In this document: piece after piece, positions 16,165-23,799 of the stretch
How the letters are laid out: each line of letters begins with the position of its first letter
Numbering within the stretch: the first letter of the stretch is position 1
Assembly (NCBI RefSeq): GCF_000011125.1
Contig: NC_000854.2
Span: forward strand, 210,001-242,000
Reading direction: 5' to 3'
DNA: 32,000 nucleotides
Source of the DNA: Aeropyrum pernix K1
GTDB lineage: Archaea; Thermoproteota; Thermoprotei_A; Sulfolobales; Acidilobaceae
The notes under the pieces: model-generated
What the model was told of the DNA's origin: nothing
The model's database searches: none
Seen by the model: only the letters and a program-made list of their open reading frames with translations
Translations under genes and position numbers: made by a program

Positions 16165-17260
16165 GTTCGATACCGTGGTCGTGGGGGCCGGTGTGGTGGG
16201 CCTCTTCACCGCCATCCAGCTTGCATGGAGGGGGTATAGCGTCGCCGTCGTTGAGGAGCTGGACAGGGTTATGGGTGGTGTAAGCTCTAGGAGTGCCAAC
16301 GTCATACACGTCCTGCAAACTCCGTTCTCAAGCCTCAAGTCGAGGCTGTGTGTCGAGGGTAACAGGCTCCACTTTGTTCTCTCGAGAGAGCTGGGATACA
16401 GTATTGTCGAGGCGCCCCTTATACTCGCGTACAGCGAGGAGTACAAGGCGCCTCTCGCCGCAACAGTCTCAAGGCTCCTCCCGCGGCTTGTCCCCAAGCC
16501 CTCCGCCGATGATGCCGGCCCCGAGATAAGGTTTGAACACCTAAGGGGCCCCAGGCTTAGAGATCTGGAGCCTGGTCTCTCCGACAGGGTCAAGGGGGGT
16601 GTAGTAGTCTACGGATATGGCGTCGTAGACTATAGGAGTCTTGCTTCAAGCTTGGAGAGGAGAGTAAAAAGACTGGGGGAGCTGTTCCTATCCTCCCCGC
16701 TTCGGCGAGTAGAGGAGAGGGGCGGGTATATTCTGCTACACGCTGGTGAGGCGACTCTGGCCGCCAAGGCGGTGGTCAACGCGGCCGGCCTCATGAGCCA
16801 CGTGGTAGCTCGCCTATTCGCCGATAAGGTGCCGAGCCAGACCCCGTTAAAAGGTGTTATGAGCATCCACAGAGGGCCCAGGCTAAGAAGCATAGTGGCG
16901 CCTCTAGAGCTGAGGAGAGGGGAGACCAAGGGGGGAGGGGCTATACCACAATCCGACGGAAGCCTGCTCCTAGGGCCTAACAACGCCGGCCCCACCAAGC
17001 TAGGGGACGAGTCTTACACGAAGGAGGACCTAGACGGGCTCCGGTCAAGGTTCCAACCCCTCCTGGCGGAGCCGGTTGGCGAGCCGTACAGAGTTGTCGT
17101 GGGTCTAAGGCCGGTGGCCCCTGGAAGGGACTTCAAAGTGGCCAGGGGTAAGGGTAGTGTGGTTCACATGGTTGGTATTGAATCGCCAGGGCTGACCGCG
17201 GCTCCCTCGCTAGCAGCTGTAGCGGCCAGTATGATAGACTCTATCCTACGCAGTAAATAG
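16157..17260 (+). CDS. FAD-dependent oxidoreductase (DAO / GlpD-GlpA-like)
   Basis: Dinucleotide-binding FDTVVVGAGVVGLFTAIQLAWRGYSVAVVEE; AAKAVVNAAGLMSHVVA; C-terminal VVHMVGIESPGLTAAPSLA. Overlaps the previous gene by 8 nt. Confidence 0.87.
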   Translation: MDRFDTVVVGAGVVGLFTAIQLAWRGYSVAVVEELDRVMGGVSSRSANVIHVLQTPFSSLKSRLCVEGNRLHFVLSRELGYSIVEAPLILAYSEEYKAPLAATVSRLLPRLVPKPSADDAGPEIRFEHLRGPRLRDLEPGLSDRVKGGVVVYGYGVVDYRSLASSLERRVKRLGELFLSSPLRRVEERGGYILLHAGEATLAAKAVVNAAGLMSHVVARLFADKVPSQTPLKGVMSIHRGPRLRSIVAPLELRRGETKGGGAIPQSDGSLLLGPNNAGPTKLGDESYTKEDLDGLRSRFQPLLAEPVGEPYRVVVGLRPVAPGRDFKVARGKGSVVHMVGIESPGLTAAPSLAAVAASMIDSILRSK

Positions 17261-17382
17261 GGTCTAACCAGTGTTTCTGCTCCCACTTTCAAACCCGCTC
17301 CCGCGGCCGCCGACGCAACACTCCCACGATATAATCCTATACTGCTGGACGGTTAGAAGGTGCTTATGAGGTTGGGGGTAGT

Positions 17383-18213
17383 ATGTGGAGGAGCATGCTC
17401 TACGTCCCAGGGGTTGACGAGAGGAAGATCAGAAAGTCGACAAGAGTTGAGGCCGACGCTGTGATCCTGGATCTTGAAGACTCCGTGCCGCAAGGTAGGA
17501 AAGATGAGGCTAGGAGTATTGTTGAGAGGCTGTTAAGAGAGCTGGAGTGGAGCGGGGACGTCTGCGTGAGGGTCAACACCCCCGCCAGCCGGGATGGTAT
17601 TCGGGACCTCGATGCTGTTTCACGCTGGGACAGAGTCTCATGTCTTCTCGTCCCCAAGGCTGAGGCTAGGCTTGACACCGTGTATAAGGCCACGGGAAGG
17701 AGTGTGGTCGCTATAGTGGAGACAGCCCGGGGGTTGCTTAGGGTTGAAGAGGTTGCTTCAAGCGAGGGGCTGGTAGCTCTCAACTGGGGCCCGGCAGACC
17801 TAGCTGCTAGTCTGGGAGCGAGCGTTGAGCCCCTAGACTCGGGCGTCTACACCCCTATTCTAAGGCTCCTGATAGCCTCAGCGGCGAGGTCCTACGGCCT
17901 GGAGCCTGTCGACAAGGTTTACTTTAGGGTGAGAGAGCTGGAGGGGCTTAGGAGGGAGTGCCTCGAGGCCAAGGCTATAGGCTTCAGCGGTAAGACCGTT
18001 ATACACCCAAGCCACGTCCCCATAGTTAACGAGGCGTTCACGCCGTCGAGAGAGGAGGTTGAGAGGGCTAGGAGGGTCGTGGAGGCTTATGAGGAGGCCG
18101 TACGGAAGGGCCTGGGAGCGGTTGCTGTGGAGGATGAGCTTGTGGATGCTGTCCACTATAGGCTGGCATTGAACCTGCTGCGGAGGGCGTCGAGATACGT
18201 GCCTAGAAGGTAG
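17383..18213 (+). CDS. HpcH/HpaI aldolase / citrate lyase beta-subunit (CitE) family protein
   Basis: RSMLYVPGVDERKIRKS...ADAVILDLEDSVPQGRKDEAR...VCVRVNT...LLVPKAE...VVAIVETARGL...GKTVIHPSHVPIVNEAFTPS. Confidence 0.92.
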   Translation: MWRSMLYVPGVDERKIRKSTRVEADAVILDLEDSVPQGRKDEARSIVERLLRELEWSGDVCVRVNTPASRDGIRDLDAVSRWDRVSCLLVPKAEARLDTVYKATGRSVVAIVETARGLLRVEEVASSEGLVALNWGPADLAASLGASVEPLDSGVYTPILRLLIASAARSYGLEPVDKVYFRVRELEGLRRECLEAKAIGFSGKTVIHPSHVPIVNEAFTPSREEVERARRVVEAYEEAVRKGLGAVAVEDELVDAVHYRLALNLLRRASRYVPRR

Positions 18214-18308
18214 GGTATATAGAGAAGCAGAAGGGCCCTGTCCCTACCTTCCCCCAATGCCCTTGCACCGATTCACCCTTGTTTTAAGTCTGGCTGCAAC
18301 CTTCTACC

Positions 18309-18815
18309 GTGGTGTCCGGTGTGGAGATAGTTTTGAGGCCTATAGGCTTCGTGAGCCACGGCCTTCCCGACTCAACTGTAAGGGAGAACATCGGCGGTGT
18401 TGAGGGTTTTATTGAGGTCCTCCCGGAGTATGCTCCCGGTTTGGATGGGCTAGCGGGCTTCTCACACATCATAGTCATAGCATACCTCCACAAGTCTAAA
18501 GGCCGGGCACTAAGGGTAAGGCCTAGGGGGCTCCTCAGGCTTGGATTCAGGCTTGAGGACCTCCCCGAGGTTGGAGTGTTCGCCACCGACTCCCCCTCAA
18601 GGCCCAACCCCCTGGCGCTGACGATAGCTCGGCTCCTCGATATAGAGGGCCGGAGGCTCAGGGTCTCGGGCCTGGACCTGTACGACGGCACTCCAGTCCT
18701 CGATATAAAGCCCTACACGCCTTCCAGGCGAGTCGAGGACCTCAGCCTCCCCAGCTGGTATAAGGAGCTCCTGGAAGAGGCGTCTAGGAGGGATCCCCGT
18801 GTGAGGGAGGTGTAG
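18309..18815 (+). CDS. trmO: TrmO/TsaA-family tRNA N6-methyltransferase-like protein
   Basis: LRPIGFVSHGLP...GFSHIIVIAYLHKS...VGVFATDSPSRPNPLALTIARLL...LRVSGLDLYDGTPVLDIKPYTP. Confidence 0.88.
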   Translation: MVSGVEIVLRPIGFVSHGLPDSTVRENIGGVEGFIEVLPEYAPGLDGLAGFSHIIVIAYLHKSKGRALRVRPRGLLRLGFRLEDLPEVGVFATDSPSRPNPLALTIARLLDIEGRRLRVSGLDLYDGTPVLDIKPYTPSRRVEDLSLPSWYKELLEEASRRDPRVREV

Positions 18816-18848
18816 CTCAGACCCGCTGCTCCACCTATTCGCCCTGAA

Positions 18849-19709
18849 ATGCAACTGCGTGTAGGTGGTGAGGGCGTCTTGGGCGCAAGGTTCTTTGTGT
18901 CCGTGGATGCGGAGGGAATGCCCTACAGCCCCAGCAGGGTCATGATGATGCCGCGGGACCCCCTCTATGGGGAGCTTAGGAGGATAATGACTAGGGTGAC
19001 TAACATAGTGGTTGAGGAGGTCTTCGCCTCAGGCGCCGAGGGCGTGGTTGTAGCCGACAGCCACGGCTCCATGGTTAACCTCGACCCCTTCGAGATCGAC
19101 GATAGGGTGGAGCTTGTAAGGGGGTTCCCACGTCCCCTAGCCATGGTGTACGGAGCGAGGGGGTGTGCTGCCGCCCTCTTCATAGGATACCACGGGAGCC
19201 CCCAGTCAGGGGGAGTCCTGGGGCACACGTACGCTGGTAGGATAGTCCAAAGAGTCAGGGTCCATGGGAGCGAGGCAGCCACGGAATACCTTCTTAACAC
19301 CTATGCCCTCGGAGAGATGGGTGTTCCCGTCGTGCTGGTGGCCGGCGACTCTGTTCTTGAGGACGAGGTGAGGCGGCACACGCCCTGGGCCGTGTTCGTC
19401 CCCCTCAAAAAACCCGCTTCCTCCCTGGCCGACGTGACGCCCCCGTGGCAGAGGGTTGAGAAGAGCCTCAGGAGCGCCGTCAGAGAGGCGGTAGCCGCCC
19501 GCTCCCTAGAGAGGGCGGAGCCCCTGAAGCCTGCTGAGCCGTGGATAGAGGTTGAGCTCAAGAGACCCTGGCACGCTGATGTAGCGGAGCTGTTCCCATG
19601 CGTCGAGAGGCTCGACGGCGTTACCGTGAGGCTGTCATGCAGCAGCTTCGTAGACAACTATAAGCTGCTGGAGGGTATCGTCATAGCATCATACTCTCTG
19701 GAGCGCTAG
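18849..19709 (+). CDS. M55-family D-aminopeptidase (DppA-like)
   Basis: FFVSVDAEGMPY...VVEEVFASGAEGVVVADSHGSMVNLDP...LVRGFPRPLAMVYG...AALFIGYHG...GVLGHTYAGRIVQRVRVHG. Confidence 0.85.
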   Translation: MQLRVGGEGVLGARFFVSVDAEGMPYSPSRVMMMPRDPLYGELRRIMTRVTNIVVEEVFASGAEGVVVADSHGSMVNLDPFEIDDRVELVRGFPRPLAMVYGARGCAAALFIGYHGSPQSGGVLGHTYAGRIVQRVRVHGSEAATEYLLNTYALGEMGVPVVLVAGDSVLEDEVRRHTPWAVFVPLKKPASSLADVTPPWQRVEKSLRSAVREAVAARSLERAEPLKPAEPWIEVELKRPWHADVAELFPCVERLDGVTVRLSCSSFVDNYKLLEGIVIASYSLER

Positions 19710-19718
19710 ACCCTGCAA

Positions 19719-20567
19719 TCACACCTCTCCCCAGCCGGGAGGGCGGGCTCTCGCCAGAGTCTCCCTTATTATTTTCGCCGCGGTGAAGAGAGTCAGCCCC
19801 GAGGGGTCGTGGGGCGGTGATGCTTCGACAACGTCGAACGCCAGCACATCCTCTGGAAGGCTTTTAATAATCCTCACCATCTCCCTGGTAGATAGACCGC
19901 CGGGCTCGGGGTTGCCCACACCTGGCGCGTAGGCAGGATCGAGCACGTCAAGATCGTAGGAGATGTAGTACGGCATGCCCTCTTTCAAATAAGCCGCCAG
20001 GTCCTCAGCCTCCTCAACGCCTAGGACGGTTATACCTGCCTTTTCGGCGAAGTCCAGCTGGCTGGGGGTTGCCGCCCTCACGCCTGCGAGAATAACGTCT
20101 CGCGGATCGACGAACCCCTCCTCCACTATCCTCCTCAGCGTGCAGGCATGGCTATACCTGTCGCCCTCGTACTCGTCGTAAAGGTCAGGATGGGCGTCGA
20201 GATATACCAGGCCCAGCCTACCCCTATAAAAAGACCTTAGGGCCCTGAGAGTGGCATATGTTATGGAGTGGTCTCCACCCAGGAATATGAAGAGCCTGCC
20301 TCCCCGGAGAGAGGCGACCTTCTCCTCAACAGCACTCACCACCTCCCTATAGCTCCTTGCCGTCACGTCACCCAAGTCGATGTAACTCCATTTACCAGCC
20401 AGGTTGACGAGGTCCTCCGAGTAGCTGTTATACAGCTTTGATGATGTGGCCTCCCGTAGGGCGGGGGGCGCCGCTGCCGCCCCCCTCCTATAGCTGGAAG
20501 AGCCGTCCCAGGCAACTCCAAGCAGGGCGAGGTTGGGCCTACCGGATCTCGGGATGCCGAAGAGCAG
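19719..20567 (-). CDS. Agmatinase/arginase (ureohydrolase) family protein; N-terminus extends upstream of the tracked TTG start
   Basis: FIFLGGDHSITY, YLDAHPDLYD, SYDLDVLDPAYAPGVGNPEPGG. My manual translation upstream of 20375 stays open to a TGA at 20573-20571 and reads LLFGIPRSGRPNLALLGVAWDGSSSYRRGAAAAPPALREATSSKLYNSYSEDLVNLAGKWSYIDLG. This is the expected family N-terminus, but it has no ATG/GTG/TTG (only CTG at 20567). Confidence 0.87.
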   Translation of the reverse strand: MLFGIPRSGRPNLALLGVAWDGSSSYRRGAAAAPPALREATSSKLYNSYSEDLVNLAGKWSYIDLGDVTARSYREVVSAVEEKVASLRGGRLFIFLGGDHSITYATLRALRSFYRGRLGLVYLDAHPDLYDEYEGDRYSHACTLRRIVEEGFVDPRDVILAGVRAATPSQLDFAEKAGITVLGVEEAEDLAAYLKEGMPYYISYDLDVLDPAYAPGVGNPEPGGLSTREMVRIIKSLPEDVLAFDVVEASPPHDPSGLTLFTAAKIIRETLARARPPGWGEV

Positions 20568-20610
20568 GCCTCACACCCCAGGGGTCTCCCGCGGGCTGCT
20601 GAGGCGTGTC

Positions 20611-22020
20611 CTAGGTCCTGCCGCCGGAGGGTATGCCGCACTTTTCCTTGACAGCCCTAAGCACCCTCTCGAACAACGCCCTAGCCTCCTCCTCGCTCCT
20701 GGCCTCCAACATTATCCTTACAACGGGCTCCGTGCCGCTGGGCCTTACGAGAACCCAGTACCCCTCGCCTATGACTTTCACACCGTCGATGGTGACCATC
20801 CTCTCGCCCTGGAACTCCTGCTTGACAGCCTCCACGGCACATAGCGCCTCCTCCCTAGACGCCGGTATCTTTGTTTTTATCGGGTGGTAGCTGGGGAGTC
20901 TATCCAGGAGTGAGGACAAGCTCTCCCCCGTCGCCCTCAGCATAGCCAATAGGAGGGCCGCCTTCATCCCCCCGTCCCTAACATACTGGTGCGGTGGGTG
21001 CATGTAGCCGCCGTTCTCCTCAAAGGCTGCTATACCCCCCTGGGTCAGTATAGCCCTGGCTATTATGGGGGCTCCAACGGGTGTCCAAACAACCTCTATG
21101 CCGCGGGGGCGTAGATAGTCTTCCACAACTATGCTGCTAGACACGCCTGTGTAGACCTTGAGCGGGCCCTTCGCCAGCCCCACCTCGGCGACAAACCCTG
21201 CCAGGAGGGCGCCGCTCCTATCGCCCCACACGACCCGGCCTCTATCATCGATTACAATAGCCCTATCCCCATCAGCATCATGGCCCACGCCAAATACTGC
21301 ACCCGAGGACCTCACCAGACTAGCCGCTGGCCCCAGAGTATCGGGAGTCGGCTCCGGATCCCTGGAGGAGAACAGGGGGTCGGGCTTGCAGCTGAGGGGT
21401 ATAGGCCTGGCCCCCAGCCTCTTTAGTATCTCGACTGTTGTGAAGCTAGTTGCCCCGCCGCCGCAGTCCACGACAACCCTCTCCCCGCCGCCGCGCTGGG
21501 TGAAGGCTGAAACGTTTTCAACCACCCTGTTAACATAATAGTCGACGGCGTCGTGGACGCGTTTGGGCTGGCCAGCGACGCTCCTCCACTCGACAGTCGA
21601 AAACTTGCCCTCCCAGAATAGAGCCTCAATGCCCTCCTCTACATCCCTAGGAACCTCAACACCATCACCACCCACAACCTTTATCCCATTATACTCCGGA
21701 GGGTTGTGGCTTGCAGTCACCATAACACCGGCATCGTAGCCGTGATCCCTAACATAAAGCTGCAGAGCTGGGGTAGGCAGGGTGCCGGCGAGGTGGACCT
21801 CCACGCCCTCGAAAGCAAGGCCAGCAGCCACAAGACCCTCGAAAAGCTCCCCTCCAGACCTGGTATCCCTGCCAACGAGAATCCTACTACCCCTGCCAAA
21901 GTAAGCCCCAATGGCCCTGGCAAGCCTGAGGACGAACTCGGGAGTCAGCTCCGACCCTATAACGCCCCTCACGCCATCAGTCCCGAAAAGCCTCCTCCTC
22001 GACAACCCGGCACCACCCAT
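20611..22020 (-). CDS. Phosphohexomutase (phosphoglucomutase/phosphomannomutase, archaeal GlmM-like)
   Basis: RLFGTDGVRGVIGSELTPE, VMVTASHNPPEYNGIK active-site Ser, DADGDRAIV metal loop, FEENGGYM, RPSGTEPVVRI phosphate loop. Confidence 0.95.
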   Translation of the reverse strand: MGGAGLSRRRLFGTDGVRGVIGSELTPEFVLRLARAIGAYFGRGSRILVGRDTRSGGELFEGLVAAGLAFEGVEVHLAGTLPTPALQLYVRDHGYDAGVMVTASHNPPEYNGIKVVGGDGVEVPRDVEEGIEALFWEGKFSTVEWRSVAGQPKRVHDAVDYYVNRVVENVSAFTQRGGGERVVVDCGGGATSFTTVEILKRLGARPIPLSCKPDPLFSSRDPEPTPDTLGPAASLVRSSGAVFGVGHDADGDRAIVIDDRGRVVWGDRSGALLAGFVAEVGLAKGPLKVYTGVSSSIVVEDYLRPRGIEVVWTPVGAPIIARAILTQGGIAAFEENGGYMHPPHQYVRDGGMKAALLLAMLRATGESLSSLLDRLPSYHPIKTKIPASREEALCAVEAVKQEFQGERMVTIDGVKVIGEGYWVLVRPSGTEPVVRIMLEARSEEEARALFERVLRAVKEKCGIPSGGRT

Positions 22021-22222
22021 TGGGAAACATAGTCTAGTAGCCAGCTAATAATACTGGAACCGGCTCGCACGACATGAGTGAAGACTGTAACTAGCGGTTT
22101 CAGCACTCAAGACCCTCCTCATCCCACCCCCTACAGGGGCGGTAGGGCCCGCTAGGTTCATCACTCCACGATTAACTCCCATAAGCCCATAATAAAATAG
22201 GGTTTAGGGCCTAGTTTAGGGC

Positions 22223-22765
22223 TTACGCCTTGGGCACGGGTGTGGGTGCCAGGAGTCCTCTGGCTTCCAGGAGTCGCATGAACTCTCTCATCCAGTAGGG
22301 TATGTCCGGCGGGTACCTAGAGCTCACTAGGTTGCCGTCAACAACAACAGGCTCGTCCACCCAGTTACCACCTGCGGCTATGACATCGTCCTTAACGCCC
22401 CAGTAGCTCGTCAGCCTTCTCCCCTTGACAACGCCAGCGCTTATCAGAACCTGGGGTCCGTGGCAAATCGTAGCCACGGGCTTGTTCTTCTCGAAGAAGT
22501 GGCGCACAATGTTGAGAGCAGCCTCATGCAGCCTCACCCTCTCGGGAGCCCTGCCGCCGGGTATAACGAGGACGTCGAACTCCTCTGGCTTGACTTCTTC
22601 GAACGATAGCTTCGCCTCGACTTTATAGCCCATCTTGCCCTTAATCTCTCCCCTACTGGGAGCCGCCACCAGGGTCTCGAAGCCAGCCTCTACGAGCCTG
22701 TAGTAAGGGTATAGGAGTTCCACATCCTCAAAACCGTCAGCCGATATAATGAGTGCCCGGGGCAT
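22223..22765 (-). CDS. DJ-1/PfpI-family protein (intracellular protease/deglycase-like)
   Basis: RALIISADGFEDVELLYPYYRL...DVLVIPGGRAPE...VATICHGPQVLISAGVVKGRRLTSYWGVKDDV; nucleophile-elbow Cys in ICHGPQ. Confidence 0.93.
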   Translation of the reverse strand: MPRALIISADGFEDVELLYPYYRLVEAGFETLVAAPSRGEIKGKMGYKVEAKLSFEEVKPEEFDVLVIPGGRAPERVRLHEAALNIVRHFFEKNKPVATICHGPQVLISAGVVKGRRLTSYWGVKDDVIAAGGNWVDEPVVVDGNLVSSRYPPDIPYWMREFMRLLEARGLLAPTPVPKA

Positions 22766-22912
22766 CTCATCTTCACCGTAGTATTATATCTAGCGGGGGA
22801 GGTTAAAATCCGCTGCGTCTCTAAATTAGGGCAGTCGGCCTTCAAGAAACAGTTTTCCCAACAGCTTTGGAAGAAAGGGGAGGGTCGGGTAGAGTTTATG
22901 CTAGGCCTACGT

Positions 22913-23260
22913 CTAGGCCTGTACGGGGTCCACCTTCACCCCGTACTTCTGCCTCCACTCCTCGAAAGCCTTCTTCTCCTCCTCGTTCAGCTCTCTGCCC
23001 AGCCTGTACCAGCCAGCTTTCTCTGTCTTCAGCTCTTCAGGCGCCTCTTCAACCTTGTAGATGCAGTTCACCGGACAGCTCTCTATACAGCTGAAATCGT
23101 CCTGGCACTTCTCCCATATTAGCCTGGCCTTCATGTTCTCGTCGAACTCAAGAGCGTCGTAGGGACATACCTCTATACATGCTCCACAGCTTATGCAAGT
23201 GTCCTGGTCGATCGCCACCCTGACGAAATTAGCTAAGCTGCTCATAGCGCTCCACCACAT
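22913..23260 (-). CDS. Dicluster ferredoxin
   Basis: CISCGACIEVCPYDALEF plus second motif CQDDFSCIESCPVNCIYKVEE. Confidence 0.9.
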   Translation of the reverse strand: MWWSAMSSLANFVRVAIDQDTCISCGACIEVCPYDALEFDENMKARLIWEKCQDDFSCIESCPVNCIYKVEEAPEELKTEKAGWYRLGRELNEEEKKAFEEWRQKYGVKVDPVQA

Positions 23261-23403
23261 GTAGACTAGTGTCTTGTAGGGATTAATAAGAGTTAGTATA
23301 GTATAGCGGCGTTAACACTGGGCCTTCACCCTATATGAGCTGTGGAACACCGCGGAGGGAGGGCTCACCCGGTATTATAGCCGGGCCGGCTGTAAGATAG
23401 GGT

Positions 23404-23799
23404 TTGGTGGGTCTAGGGTTGTCTGGTCTGGGGGAGTTTCTGGAGGAGGTTGTGAGGGAGGCCTCCAGGAGGGGGTTCTCTGTGGAGAAAAGGAGTTCTC
23501 GGGGGGTTGTGCTGAGGTATGAGGACACGCCTCTCGCCCTGGAGGTTGCCACCGCTGGGGGGTCTATAGTGATTGATGCAGTGTCTCTTGGCGATGTGGA
23601 GGATATTTTCGAGGATTATGAGGATAGCGTGGAGGAGCTTAGAAACAAGGTGGAGGAGCTTCTAGACGAAGTTGAATCCCTCGGGGACCTCGTCTCGGGG
23701 CTGGCGAGAAAGTTCGGCTTCAACGTGGAGGCCAGGTATAGGAGGTCACTCCTCGACTTCAGAGACGCGTTGGAGGACTATATAGAAACCATGTACTAG
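23404..23799 (+). CDS. Conserved hypothetical coiled-coil protein
   Basis: 131-aa ORF with coherent alpha/beta then coiled-coil composition. Its stop overlaps the convergent helicase stop by 4 nt. Confidence 0.6.
   Translation: MVGLGLSGLGEFLEEVVREASRRGFSVEKRSSRGVVLRYEDTPLALEVATAGGSIVIDAVSLGDVEDIFEDYEDSVEELRNKVEELLDEVESLGDLVSGLARKFGFNVEARYRRSLLDFRDALEDYIETMY

Noticed and set aside
20363-20844. ORFs 20363-20641 (-) and 20533-20844 (+) around the agmatinase/phosphohexomutase junction
   Set aside because: They overlap the true agmatinase N-terminal frame and the phosphohexomutase C-terminus, and neither has family-like sequence.
22090-22222. Possible C/D box sRNA on the minus strand (GATGAGG...CTGA) between the phosphohexomutase and PfpI genes
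   Set aside because: The C-box match is imperfect and I could not find convincing C' and D boxes with correct spacing. I could not support it without an sRNA model search.
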